A DNA stretch of 43,239 nt from a virus. Its lineage: Duplodnaviria; Caudoviricetes. The translations under genes and the position numbers were made by a program. This document shows positions 18,946-28,073 of the stretch, piece after piece. Below the pieces are notes generated by a model that saw only the letters and a program-made list of their open reading frames with translations, was not told where the DNA came from and did not search any database. Where the stretch lies: positions 1 to 43,239 of IMG/VR virus record IMGVR_UViG_3300039441_000062, one strand, 5' to 3'. How positions within the stretch are numbered: the first letter of the stretch is position 1; every line of letters begins with the position of its first letter.

Positions 18946-19471
18946 ACACCTTCTTATACCAAGGAGAAGCAACTTGATTTTGCACCTTTTGAGCTTGCAC
19001 CGCTGCTTTTTGTGCAGCCGACTTAGCAGCGATGGCTTGATGGCGAGTCTCAGTAATCGCTTTGGTGTGCGAGGTAGTAATAGCCTTTAGGTCGTTGAGC
19101 AGATCAGTTTGGGTTTTGTTAATGACAAGTGTTTGATCAAGGAGCTTCCTATTTGCTTCGCTAATAGCATCGGTCTTATCAGCCATCTTTTGCACCCGGT
19201 CAAGAATGTCAGATAACACTTTGTCGCTGCGCTCTTGGTCCATCTCAGATTTCTTAATGCGTATCTCGTCGATAGTATGGATTAAACTAATCGAGGCCTG
19301 CTGAAATGCGTCGATCTTTACCCATATCGCGGAAAAGAAGATCGCTATGGCGATCAATTTGAGAGCCGCTATAGCAAAGCCTTCCCGCTCACTTAGCGGT
19401 CTAATCTCCTCTCGACTCGAATCATGATCTCTTTCAGTTCCCTCATTTCCTCCTTCAAGTCTTCCATGCAT
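18938..19471 (-). CDS. Membrane-anchored coiled-coil protein (possible i-spanin-like)
   Basis: FAIAALKLIAIAIFFSAIW TM followed by a long heptad region; start uncertain. Confidence 0.55.
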   Translation of the reverse strand: MHGRLEGGNEGTERDHDSSREEIRPLSEREGFAIAALKLIAIAIFFSAIWVKIDAFQQASISLIHTIDEIRIKKSEMDQERSDKVLSDILDRVQKMADKTDAISEANRKLLDQTLVINKTQTDLLNDLKAITTSHTKAITETRHQAIAAKSAAQKAAVQAQKVQNQVASPWYKKVFK

Positions 19472-19734
19472 GCGGTGTTACTTTCTATCAGTTTCGCCTG
19501 ACGCTCGGCGTTGTCCCGTTCCCATTTTCGGTAATCGTCAAGCTGTCTATCTTTACGGCGATCAATCCACCAAGCTATTCCTAGAATGAGTCCCAAAAAA
19601 AATAACCACAAAGCCCGGTCAGTCAGCGTCGAGATCAGTTGAGCCCAACTATACGCCACCGTGATCGGGTTGGTTGGCGCGGCTGGAGGTGCTTCTTCTA
19701 ACAAAAACGGAATCCAAAAAGTAAAAAAAAGCAT
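19393..19734 (-). CDS. Single-TM membrane protein with charged coiled-coil tail (holin-like)
   Basis: ALWLFFLGLILGIAWWI then charged helix; likely ATG 19734. Confidence 0.55.
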   Translation of the reverse strand: MLFFTFWIPFLLEEAPPAAPTNPITVAYSWAQLISTLTDRALWLFFLGLILGIAWWIDRRKDRQLDDYRKWERDNAERQAKLIESNTACMEDLKEEMRELKEIMIRVERRLDR

Positions 19735-19781
19735 CTTCCAGCACACGCTTTTAACCTCGGAACATACCAAGTACACAATCC

Positions 19782-21140
19782 ATGAGCACTAGAGACACTA
19801 AAGAACTAACAACCAAAGACTACACCCTGAGCCAATGGCTACAAAGTGATAAGTTTAAACGCAACTTGATGGAAATTATGCAGACCGAGGAAGCGGTACG
19901 CCGCTTCGTGCAGATCGGTTTGAATGTCATCAAGAGAAACGAGAAACTGAATCAGTGTACCCAGGCGAGCGTTCTAGATTGTCTCTTAAAACTGAGCCAG
20001 ATCAATCTCGAACCGGACGGTTACCATGCGCACCTCGTCCCTTTCAATAACAAGATTAAATGGCGAGACGACCAGGGTAAATGGCAAGAGCGCTGGGAAC
20101 TGCAAGCCCAGCTCATTATTGATTACAAAGGTCTGGTTAGCGTCGTCCGGCGTGACCCCATGGTTGCTGTATTAAAGGGCAATGTGGTCTACTCCAAAGA
20201 CCAATTTACCTATGACGAAGGGAGTGAGCGTCGGTTCTATCATCACCCGACTTTTCAGGCGCGGGATAAGAGTAATCCTATCGTTTTCGTCTACAGCTTT
20301 ATCAAATGGAAAGACGGCGACTGGGACGTTGAAATTCTGACTGTGGACGAGGTTGAGCGGGTGCGCCAGATGTCGCGGGCAAAAGACTCTGGACCTTGGG
20401 TGGATTTCTGGGGCGAGATGGCGATTAAAACTGCGATTCGAAAGCTCTGCAAACGGTTGCCGCTTAAACCCGAACAGCGGGAAGCGATCACTGCGGACGA
20501 TGACCAATACCAGTATGAGAATCCTTTCGAGCGTAAACAGCCAGTATTAACCTATTTACGACCGGAGTTCAGAAGTGAAACTCAGCCAGACACACACGAC
20601 AATAATAAAGAAGTATTACGAGAACCTGCCACAGACCAACGCAGCGTGGTGGATCCTGATGAATCTCGTAAGCGAGATAGTAAGCCTAGAGCGGAAACGC
20701 CACAGGCGACTGCTAAGCCTGGACCGGCTAAAGACGAGCCGCAAGAGCCAGCAAAAGCTAGCGAACGCGGTTACCAATACGGGCCGGGAGACGAGCAGTC
20801 TTCCGACCAAGAAGAACCCACCAAGGAAGGCAGTACAAGCAGCGGGCCAGATGCTAATCGAGGATCTGGAAGCGATCTACCGGAGCTTTCCGAACACGAC
20901 CCTGTACCCACCAAAGAACCTTCCAAAGCACTCCAAAAACTCCTTGCGCAAATCAACAAAGAGAAAGTCACTCAAGACGAAGTGATTCGAGTGTTACTCG
21001 ATCACGACCAGAGTGTAGGTGACGCGGAAAACACGGGACTGGTTGTCGATCTGCCAGAGACAACGCTAGAACTGGCGGTTAAGAATTTCGGCTCGATCAT
21101 CTTTGGGGTGAAGAAGATTCGGCGGCAACAGCAAACATGA
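19782..21140 (+). CDS. recT: RecT-family ssDNA annealing protein
   Basis: L.QCT.ASVL..L...LEP, AHLVPF, QLIIDYKG, SGPWVDFWGEMAIKTAIRKLCKRLP. Confidence 0.92.
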   Translation: MSTRDTKELTTKDYTLSQWLQSDKFKRNLMEIMQTEEAVRRFVQIGLNVIKRNEKLNQCTQASVLDCLLKLSQINLEPDGYHAHLVPFNNKIKWRDDQGKWQERWELQAQLIIDYKGLVSVVRRDPMVAVLKGNVVYSKDQFTYDEGSERRFYHHPTFQARDKSNPIVFVYSFIKWKDGDWDVEILTVDEVERVRQMSRAKDSGPWVDFWGEMAIKTAIRKLCKRLPLKPEQREAITADDDQYQYENPFERKQPVLTYLRPEFRSETQPDTHDNNKEVLREPATDQRSVVDPDESRKRDSKPRAETPQATAKPGPAKDEPQEPAKASERGYQYGPGDEQSSDQEEPTKEGSTSSGPDANRGSGSDLPELSEHDPVPTKEPSKALQKLLAQINKEKVTQDEVIRVLLDHDQSVGDAENTGLVVDLPETTLELAVKNFGSIIFGVKKIRRQQQT

Positions 21141-22243
21141 CAGAGCCAGACCTAGCGAGCGCTAGCCAAATGTGGCGGCTAGCGAATTGCGAGGGATCGA
21201 AGAATTACGTTCGGTCCCTTCGCGAGGCCGGCATTCTACGAAAGATATTGGCCGGGCCGGAAGCAACTATCGGAACACGGATTCACGCTTTCCTTGAGGG
21301 GCTACCGGAAGATTTGCACGTCACGGAAGAGGAAATCGCTTCAGCGTGCGAGAGGCTTGCTAGTTTGGTTGTTCAGCAGACCTGGAATTGTACTGACGCT
21401 AAGATCGCTTATGAGCAACGTCTTACCTACCGGATTAGCGATGTGCCATTCTTCACCGGAAAACCAGATCGAGTCTATTTCGAGCCTTCTGATGGGCCGG
21501 AACCTTTGGATGCCATCAATATCAATTTCAAAACCGGCCGGCTAGAATCGATTGAAAGCCACCTGAACTTGCAATTAAGAACCGAGAACGTGCTGATTAA
21601 GCACTCTTTCCCCAGTATCCAGCAGATCGCTGCGGCAATCGTTGAGCCCATGGTCAGTTTTAAACCCAACGTCGTGATCTACGACGAGGCGGCACTAAAG
21701 GAAGCTGAATCTGAGATTCTCGAGATTGTCGATAAAGCTGAATGGGGCAAAAAACGGACCCCTGGCGAATGGTGCGGGCATTGTCCTGCGCGAGCGTGGT
21801 GCCCCGAGGCCAAGGAGATGGCTCTGGGGCACCCGCTTAAAATCGACGTGAAGGCCCTTCCGCGCGGCCAGGCTGCGTCTGAACTTCTTACCCGTATAGA
21901 GACAGGCTATAAGGTCTTAGATGCGATCTGGGAGGCGTATAAAACGATTTGCTTGGAAGAACTAGGCGCCGTTCCAGGCTGGCACGTGTCCGAAGGTTCG
22001 GACGTGCGTTACATCAAGGATATTGCACGGCTCCACGAGATAGCCGGCGAGTACGATATCGCAACCACTGATCTGGTTAAAACGACTGTCCCTATCGGGA
22101 AATTGGAAGAACGAGCCAAAAAAGCTTTGAAACTGACCGGGAAAGCGTTCGACAAAAAATTCGACGAACTTTTCTGGACGGTAATCGGCAAAACCCACAA
22201 AGCGGGTCCTCTACAGAGGATCCCTAAGAACCTACTAAAATGA
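21137..22243 (+). CDS. PD-(D/E)XK / Cas4-like exonuclease-fold protein (DUF2800-like), atypical active site
   Basis: SASQ..R..NC, GTRIH..LE, GKPD, NFKTG, C-terminal WCGHCPARAWCP. Confidence 0.8.
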   Translation: MTEPDLASASQMWRLANCEGSKNYVRSLREAGILRKILAGPEATIGTRIHAFLEGLPEDLHVTEEEIASACERLASLVVQQTWNCTDAKIAYEQRLTYRISDVPFFTGKPDRVYFEPSDGPEPLDAININFKTGRLESIESHLNLQLRTENVLIKHSFPSIQQIAAAIVEPMVSFKPNVVIYDEAALKEAESEILEIVDKAEWGKKRTPGEWCGHCPARAWCPEAKEMALGHPLKIDVKALPRGQAASELLTRIETGYKVLDAIWEAYKTICLEELGAVPGWHVSEGSDVRYIKDIARLHEIAGEYDIATTDLVKTTVPIGKLEERAKKALKLTGKAFDKKFDELFWTVIGKTHKAGPLQRIPKNLLK

Positions 22244-22422
22244 CTCCCGACGAACGCAGTCTGAAGTACACGGAGATAACCAACCTCATAAATGACGATA
22301 GAGCGCAACAGAAGCGAAATGCCTTTGACACTTGTCTTGATGCCTTGTCACCACTAGACGCCTACGAGTCTAGGGCACAGGTCATCAAGGCGATAGCAGG
22401 CTATTTTGAGGTACACGTGTGA
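22240..22422 (+). CDS. Hypothetical protein
   Basis: ATGA/GTGA coupling on both sides. Confidence 0.6.
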   Translation: MTPDERSLKYTEITNLINDDRAQQKRNAFDTCLDALSPLDAYESRAQVIKAIAGYFEVHV

Positions 22423-22973
22423 GCGATCAACTTAACTTCTTTGTCCCTGGTATCCCTGTACCCGGTGGAAGTAAGCGCGCTTTTATGATGCATCGGAAAG
22501 GGTGTCCGGCTGGCCGGAAACACAATCCAGGCGCGTGCCACTGTCGACCGTTTACGACCGTTGTGGACGCAGCGGGCCAAGCAAACAAGGACTGGCGCAC
22601 TGCGGTTGTGAAATTCGCGTACGAGGCGGCACACGAATATGGTGGCATTCTGCCGATGTTCAGTGCGGCTATCTCGGTCGAGTTCACCTTCTGGTTGCCC
22701 AGGCCGAAAGGTCATTACAATGCTAAAGGGCAACTGCTTCCGTCAGCGCCAGAGTACCCGACCACCCGGCCTGATGTGCTCAAACTCGCTCGCGCGGTCG
22801 AGGATGCGCTTACCGGCATCATCTGGACCGATGACAGCCTGATCGTTCACGAGATCCTAGAGAAAGATTACGCGAGCCGAACCAATGTCTCGGGCCTGCT
22901 CGCACAGATTAAACTGATGGCCAGCAGCCAAGAAATCATCCGTTTAGCGGATGCTACGGGAAAGATGATATGA
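22419..22973 (+). CDS. rusA: RusA-like Holliday junction resolvase
   Basis: FFVPGIPVPGGSKR, F.LPRPK, RPDVLKLARAVEDALTGIIWTDDSLIV. Confidence 0.9.
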   Translation: MSDQLNFFVPGIPVPGGSKRAFMMHRKGCPAGRKHNPGACHCRPFTTVVDAAGQANKDWRTAVVKFAYEAAHEYGGILPMFSAAISVEFTFWLPRPKGHYNAKGQLLPSAPEYPTTRPDVLKLARAVEDALTGIIWTDDSLIVHEILEKDYASRTNVSGLLAQIKLMASSQEIIRLADATGKMI

Positions 22974-23230
22974 GTGAAGGAATTAAACCCCCAGCCGAAA
23001 ACAAGATCTTTCTACTTTGGATAGATATGAACCAAGCTACCATGCTTTGGTGGTGTCTTTGGGAAAAGGAGTGCCAACTATCCAGTCGATGCGCTCAATT
23101 CGAGCATACAGCATGGCCGGTAGAAGCTAAAAACGCGGCGATCTGGGAACGTAATCAACTCAAAACAATTCGTGAGAAACTCGAAAACCTGGAAAGGGAG
23201 CAAAATGTCAATCCCGGTGGGCAAACTTAA
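22970..23230 (+). CDS. Hypothetical protein
   Basis: ATGA-coupled to rusA. Confidence 0.55.
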   Translation: MSEGIKPPAENKIFLLWIDMNQATMLWWCLWEKECQLSSRCAQFEHTAWPVEAKNAAIWERNQLKTIREKLENLEREQNVNPGGQT

Positions 23231-23342
23231 GCTCGATCCAGAGTTCAAAAAGCGTCTTTTACTCGAACTAAATGCCTGCTTTATCCCAGACTGGAAAATC
23301 AGGGTCTTTATCCAGTTCAGAATGATGATGAAAATGCTATGA
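23205..23342 (+). CDS. Hypothetical 45-aa protein (not in ORF track)
   Basis: MSIPVGKLKLDP...; GGAG upstream; ATGA coupling to next ORF. Confidence 0.5.
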   Translation: MSIPVGKLKLDPEFKKRLLLELNACFIPDWKIRVFIQFRMMMKML

Positions 23343-23530
23343 AAACTGACCCTATTGACGAACGCGCCAGGGAGCTAGCGACACTCTATGTCGCTACTCA
23401 GCGACCGTGGTGGGTAAACCTATTCAGGATGCTTTCCCCAGGTTATTGGTCTGAATTGGTTGCGTACAGAGCCGGTTACGTTGCTGGGTTTATCGAGGGC
23501 ACAGAAGAAACAGAACGAAGGATGGAATGA
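23339..23530 (+). CDS. Hypothetical protein
   Basis: Coupled ORF; AYRAGYVAG motif common in small phage proteins. Confidence 0.55.
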   Translation: MKTDPIDERARELATLYVATQRPWWVNLFRMLSPGYWSELVAYRAGYVAGFIEGTEETERRME

Positions 23531-23733
23531 ATCATTGGATCGTTAAAGTTACGCACCAAGGTCATACCGGCTTTGCGCACATGGAAGCCGAGAGTGAGGA
23601 TGATTTTAAAACTCATCCAGCGTTTACCGAGATCGATACCGGACCTTGCGACACTGCGGTAGCGGCCTGGATTGCGTGGCACAAGAAACATGGTAACCTA
23701 AAGACCGATGTCGTGGCCGATAATCCAGCCTAA
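23527..23733 (+). CDS. Hypothetical protein
   Basis: ATGA-coupled 68-aa ORF. Confidence 0.55.
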   Translation: MNHWIVKVTHQGHTGFAHMEAESEDDFKTHPAFTEIDTGPCDTAVAAWIAWHKKHGNLKTDVVADNPA

Positions 23734-24109
23734 TGTTCTCCCAGGGCCAATGGCGATCACGGGTGCAGCCGGATCGATTGCCGGTAATGCTACCGGGTTC
23801 GTGTGCCAGATCGGAGGCTATAGCGCCGGTGGTCAACTCAAACGTTGGAGTGTCCTCTTAGATGCTGCAAGCGTAACCGTCTCGAATATCACCGTGTCAG
23901 TTTCCTGGTACGATTCCCTAAGTGGAGCATGGGTAACGGGCACTTTTTTTAACGGTGGTGGAGCTGGTCAAAACTTCGGCGCGCTAGTGGTCGCTTTCGG
24001 TACAGCTACCTACATCGTAGGCAATGCTCCAGTCGAAGGCTTGCAGGTCAACGGCACCGTTGCCGGAGGTGGCGGCACGTTTCGCGCCGTGATCCTGGGT
24101 GGAACTTAA
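23708..24109 (+). CDS. Small Gly/Ala/Thr-rich beta-sandwich protein (virion-protein-like)
   Basis: Composition and alternating strands resemble the decoration/fibre proteins. Confidence 0.55.
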   Translation: MSWPIIQPNVLPGPMAITGAAGSIAGNATGFVCQIGGYSAGGQLKRWSVLLDAASVTVSNITVSVSWYDSLSGAWVTGTFFNGGGAGQNFGALVVAFGTATYIVGNAPVEGLQVNGTVAGGGGTFRAVILGGT

Positions 24110-24232
24110 TTCACGTTTGCGATCCTCCAGATTAATCCTGTCACCGTATTTCTCGAACTCGTACCAGCCGCTGATAAACGCGCAGCCTGGAATACACAGG
24201 CAGAGGCAGAGGCAGAGAAACACGAATCTCAT
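23984..24232 (-). CDS. Possible small lipoprotein
   Basis: MRFVFLCLCLCLCIPGC signal with lipobox-like end; GGAG upstream; overlaps the convergent gene. Confidence 0.35.
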   Translation of the reverse strand: MRFVFLCLCLCLCIPGCAFISGWYEFEKYGDRINLEDRKRELSSTQDHGAKRAATSGNGAVDLQAFDWSIAYDVGSCTESDH

Positions 24233-24308
24233 TTCTCCCCTTTCCCTTGGATCTCCTCCATGATCGCCTCGTGACGGCGACGGCCTTCTTGAACTTGGTC
24301 TATCCAGT

Positions 24309-24503
24309 TCATAGTTTGTCGGTCCTCCAATCCCAATTAGCCCACACCTGCTCTTTGGTCCTAAACTTCGCCTGAGTTCTAAACCACTCGCTGCAAGTGA
24401 AACAATTGGTTTCATGAAACCGGCCTCGACATCGATGCCCTGGATGCCAAGGGTTATAGCGTGCCGCCAATTCAAGCATTAACTTTCTTAAATCTTTAGT
24501 CAT
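24309..24503 (-). CDS. Hypothetical protein (Cys/His, possible Zn-binding)
   Basis: H.C...H...C..C; ATGA coupling. Confidence 0.5.
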   Translation of the reverse strand: MTKDLRKLMLELAARYNPWHPGHRCRGRFHETNCFTCSEWFRTQAKFRTKEQVWANWDWRTDKL

Positions 24504-24634
24504 TGCCGCATCAATAGCTCGCTAATGTTTTTCAGGTTGGCGTTGACTGCTTCAAGCTCAACCGAGATCGCGTCTAACGAGCATTCTAGTGCAGCCATCA
24601 TCTTTGCTAATCCATCGTACTGGTAATCGTTCAT
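24500..24634 (-). CDS. Hypothetical 44-aa coiled-coil peptide (not in ORF track)
   Basis: MNDYQYDGLAKMM...; fills the gap with coupled start/stop. Confidence 0.5.
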   Translation of the reverse strand: MNDYQYDGLAKMMAALECSLDAISVELEAVNANLKNISELLMRQ

Positions 24635-24862
24635 TTATGGGATTTCCTCCGCACTTACTTCAACCGTACCGCAATAAGTAAAGGTTTTCGCATCCAAACG
24701 CTCATACCGGAAGTGCCGGCCTGGTCCGCGCCAATCGCGCAAAAGTGGTTTCGTTTCTAGCGGATCGCGCACTAGAAAGAATTTTCCAGGCCAGACAACC
24801 GGTGGCCCTTGGCTCCCATCTAAAGGTCCGCCCGATAATATCGAATATTTTATTTTGTTCAT
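24635..24862 (-). CDS. Hypothetical protein (GGPLDG motif)
   Basis: L.GGPLDG motif common in small phage proteins. Confidence 0.6.
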   Translation of the reverse strand: MNKIKYSILSGGPLDGSQGPPVVWPGKFFLVRDPLETKPLLRDWRGPGRHFRYERLDAKTFTYCGTVEVSAEEIP

Positions 24863-25014
24863 TTAGGGTAGATCCTTAAAATTCCTTTGCAGCGGACCTT
24901 GCGCCGTCTGGCCTTGATACAGCTTAAAACTACTAAGCTGATAAAACCAAGCAGACCAACGGCTAAACTGCCGACGATCTGCCAATCCACATCTCGCATG
25001 AGTATTTCTATCAT
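24859..25014 (-). CDS. Small single-TM membrane protein
   Basis: WQIVGSLAVGLLGFISLVVLSCI followed by basic tail. Confidence 0.5.
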   Translation of the reverse strand: MIEILMRDVDWQIVGSLAVGLLGFISLVVLSCIKARRRKVRCKGILRIYPK

Positions 25015-25021
25015 TTTTAGT

Positions 25022-27232
25022 TTAGTTTGTTTGCAGCCAGAAAACTCTCCCATTAAAGTCGTCTTCCCAGAAAATATCTAGAGCCCCACCGATAGCCTGG
25101 CCGCTCAGCTCGCAGTCGATAGCGCCGTATACGTCGAATGCGCCGCACGGATTATTTCCGCTAGTTCCACCGCTTCCGAAGTTTGAAGACGGCGCATAGG
25201 TAGCGAGCGAATTCCCGTTCTTATCGAACCTCTGGATAACGCCACCGTTGTAAACGCCTACATTTTGTCCAACGATAAAGCCGCCAGTTGGAACAGGCGC
25301 GAGCGAATTAACATAAGGCGTAAATGTTTTTGTCCACAAGGGAGATCCTACGGGAGCGGTCCCCGTCTCAGCAAAAGCGATCACGGCATTCCCGCTGGTC
25401 CAAGAGCCTCCTCTGCTCGCGCCTGCCGGATTATATACCATCACATAAAGCTGGCCGTCTGTGAGGTTTAGATTAGCCACCTGAATGTCAATCTTATTGT
25501 TGCCTGGCGTTATCCCGAGCGCGTCGCAAAGCTGAGTGTTAGTCACTACTTCGACCGCATCCGCCCAATGATAGATGGGATTGCCTTGAGTATTAAGTCC
25601 ATGCAGAGGAACCGCCCAGAGTGATTGATATTCTAGCTGATAAGTTCCGTTTACTTGAATCTGACGGTAAAGCGTGGACACCCAGATCGTGCCGTTATCG
25701 TCCACGTTCATCCCCGATATAGCCCATTGCCAGTATGGCGATTTAGGAACCTCGTCTAAAGTTAATCCGGAGCCACCAAGTACCGTTTGCGCATTTACCG
25801 AGGTTAGTCCGGGGCCGTCAACGTCATTCCATGACCACAGATTCTGCGGCGGCGAAGCGGTCGTATAGAGCTGCCCATTAGCGGCAGGTGCGGATTGCGC
25901 TAGCACGCTAGCCATCTGGAGCGCTGGTCCATAACCGGCTCCCTGCGCCACCACCCGGTAAACGCACATATTGCCGCCCTCGCAGGGAAAATAGACAAAA
26001 TCATTACCCCCTAGGGTCAAGGCTCGCATAGTGCCGAATCGGGAGTTTTGAATATTCCCGAAGTAAGCCCCGTAGTCGGTTCTCGCGCATCCACTCCATC
26101 TCCCGACATTGGTTGAGCCTCGCGTGGCGTTGTACGTATTGCGATAGGAGCCAATTAACAGGTTCGGATTCGCTGCCGAGTGCGTCGCGTTTCCCTGGAA
26201 CTCCGTGCACATCCGGTTCCATGTGCCCATTAAGAGCATGCGCGAACCTTCGCCATTGCCGGGGGAGTGGCTAAATACCGTTTCTCCGGACGGATTAGAT
26301 GCAATCGCCCAGAGAGCGCCGATGGAATTTCCGCTGCTATACCCAGGAGTTTCAGGAACTCCAATCGTCTTCACGTAGCTAGCGCTAGTTCCCGAAATTG
26401 TGTACTGCCCAATGTGCGACGCTCCCCGATCCGCCACGTACAAAGTCGAGCCGGTGATCGCCAGGGAGTAAACATCGGAGAGTCCAGTGATTGGCGTGCC
26501 GAGCAGAACACCAGCCGAGGAGTAAACCTGGACAGTTGAATGCGCGCTTCCTACCCAGATGTTACCGGACGAATCGATTGCCAGGCCGATGGCAAGCGAC
26601 ACATTTATAGAAAGCTGCTGGACGCCGCTGGTCTTGTCATAGGCAAGTACCTTGCCACCATAGGAGTCAGTGACGTAAAGATTACTGCCTGATACCGCCA
26701 GCGCATGCAGCGGCACCTCCATGATTGCTTGATCGGCCGAGCTGGAGCCGGACGGGTAGGTGTATGTTCCGTTGGGGTACACCATGATGTGACCATTAGG
26801 ATCGGTCGTTGGGTTTACCCATGACGAAAATGGGATCAGTTGAGAGGAACCCGTGAGTGTCGCTTTCCAGACCGAAAACTCTAGGTTCTGCCGGTTAGGA
26901 TCTGCTGGGTTACCGATATAGCCAGCGCAATATGCGGCGCTTCCATCGGCCTCAACTGCGATAGCGTCCCAAAGCGCATAGCCTGCGACGTGGCCGCTAT
27001 GCCAAGCGTCGTATCCGTTGGAAGGATTCCGCCGAATAATGTCGTAATGCGGTTCATCCCAATCATGAACCGAATAAATATTGCCTGCCGCATCAAGGGC
27101 GAGGCCCGGTATGTACAACGGAATATGCCCCGTCGTTGTCTGGGGCTCACCGTTATTGCCGATTACCGAAATATTCTGGCAATAACCGGTGCCGGAGAAT
27201 GCTAAACACAGAAGAATCAGATAATGTTTCAC
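25022..27232 (-). CDS. Secreted NHL-repeat / beta-propeller protein (host-like moron)
   Basis: Signal peptide (V)KHYLILLCLAFSGTGYC; NHL-like repeats GLALDAAGNIY, ALAVSGSNLYVTD, GLAIDSSGNIWV, SLAITGSTLYVAD. Confidence 0.8.
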   Translation of the reverse strand: MKHYLILLCLAFSGTGYCQNISVIGNNGEPQTTTGHIPLYIPGLALDAAGNIYSVHDWDEPHYDIIRRNPSNGYDAWHSGHVAGYALWDAIAVEADGSAAYCAGYIGNPADPNRQNLEFSVWKATLTGSSQLIPFSSWVNPTTDPNGHIMVYPNGTYTYPSGSSSADQAIMEVPLHALAVSGSNLYVTDSYGGKVLAYDKTSGVQQLSINVSLAIGLAIDSSGNIWVGSAHSTVQVYSSAGVLLGTPITGLSDVYSLAITGSTLYVADRGASHIGQYTISGTSASYVKTIGVPETPGYSSGNSIGALWAIASNPSGETVFSHSPGNGEGSRMLLMGTWNRMCTEFQGNATHSAANPNLLIGSYRNTYNATRGSTNVGRWSGCARTDYGAYFGNIQNSRFGTMRALTLGGNDFVYFPCEGGNMCVYRVVAQGAGYGPALQMASVLAQSAPAANGQLYTTASPPQNLWSWNDVDGPGLTSVNAQTVLGGSGLTLDEVPKSPYWQWAISGMNVDDNGTIWVSTLYRQIQVNGTYQLEYQSLWAVPLHGLNTQGNPIYHWADAVEVVTNTQLCDALGITPGNNKIDIQVANLNLTDGQLYVMVYNPAGASRGGSWTSGNAVIAFAETGTAPVGSPLWTKTFTPYVNSLAPVPTGGFIVGQNVGVYNGGVIQRFDKNGNSLATYAPSSNFGSGGTSGNNPCGAFDVYGAIDCELSGQAIGGALDIFWEDDFNGRVFWLQTN

Positions 27233-27242
27233 GTTTGGCCTT

Positions 27243-27515
27243 TTATCCAAAAACTAGATCGTTGTCCAATTCTACTTCTTTAGGTTCTTCCGGAGGTTCC
27301 GGCTCCGATTCTATCACTTCCGGTTTTTCTCGTAACCTCCGGCTGATCTCCTTATCTAACAGCCAGCTATAAAACTGTTGTACACGTTTTTTAGGCACGA
27401 TCTCGCCGTGTTTCCAATACTGGAACGTGCGTAAACTAATTCCTAGCAGCTGGGCGGCTTCACTGTCGCCGCCCAACGCTTTCGCACCTGCCTTTAATGT
27501 TGTTCTGAATTCCAT
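27243..27515 (-). CDS. XRE/Cro-like helix-turn-helix regulator
   Basis: SEAAQLLGISLRTFQYWKHG..P. Confidence 0.8.
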   Translation of the reverse strand: MEFRTTLKAGAKALGGDSEAAQLLGISLRTFQYWKHGEIVPKKRVQQFYSWLLDKEISRRLREKPEVIESEPEPPEEPKEVELDNDLVFG

Positions 27516-27745
27516 CGCAAAAACATCTCTACGTATTTCTCGTGCTCGCACCGTGCAATATCGCTAGCCTGTTCAATTTTCGGTCCTGCTTTTTCATCCA
27601 GAAAAGTTACCTGAATAGGAACCTCCCAGGACCAATTTCCAGGTGGTTCGTACGCGGTATCTGGGCGCGTGTAACTACCGTGCAACAGAATCGCGGTATT
27701 ACCAGCGTGCGTGGATATAATGCGCGTGATTAACAGAGTCTTCAT
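27494..27745 (-). CDS. Hypothetical protein
   Basis: ATG 27745 (TAATG-coupled) within track ORF 27494-27838. Confidence 0.5.
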   Translation of the reverse strand: MKTLLITRIISTHAGNTAILLHGSYTRPDTAYEPPGNWSWEVPIQVTFLDEKAGPKIEQASDIARCEHEKYVEMFLRWNSEQH

Positions 27746-27909
27746 TATCCGAACCATGCCTTCGCAGTGCATACAACCATACAGAAAACTGACTGAATAA
27801 AACAAAGCACCGCCGTAAACGGTCGCTTGTTTATCCAAAGCAAGTGAGATAATCCAATCATCCCGCTTGCTAATGTCCTAAACATTATGGCCACCTCCGC
27901 GCTATTCAT
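27745..27909 (-). CDS. Hypothetical 54-aa hydrophobic protein (not in ORF track)
   Basis: MNSAEVAIMF...; coupled at both ends. Confidence 0.45.
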   Translation of the reverse strand: MNSAEVAIMFRTLASGMIGLSHLLWINKRPFTAVLCFIQSVFCMVVCTAKAWFG

Positions 27910-28073
27910 CACCGGCTCAACCCTCGCCGTCTAAAAAACTCGTCGCATGCCCTAGCGACGCTTTCGGCCAGATATGTCTCCTTCGCTTTTACTCGGTCCT
28001 TGTAGCGTTTCTCGTACAGCCGCGCCGTAGCTGCACTCCCCTGGTTATGCTTAGTCTGTCGACGCGCTTTCAT
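27909..28073 (-). CDS. Hypothetical 54-aa basic protein (not in ORF track)
   Basis: MKARRQTKHN...; coupled at both ends. Confidence 0.5.
   Translation of the reverse strand: MKARRQTKHNQGSAATARLYEKRYKDRVKAKETYLAESVARACDEFFRRRGLSR

Noticed and set aside
24197-24217. (GAGGCA)n hexamer repeat encoding LCLCLC as a phase-variation tract
   Set aside because: Only about three units and in frame; no switching effect expected
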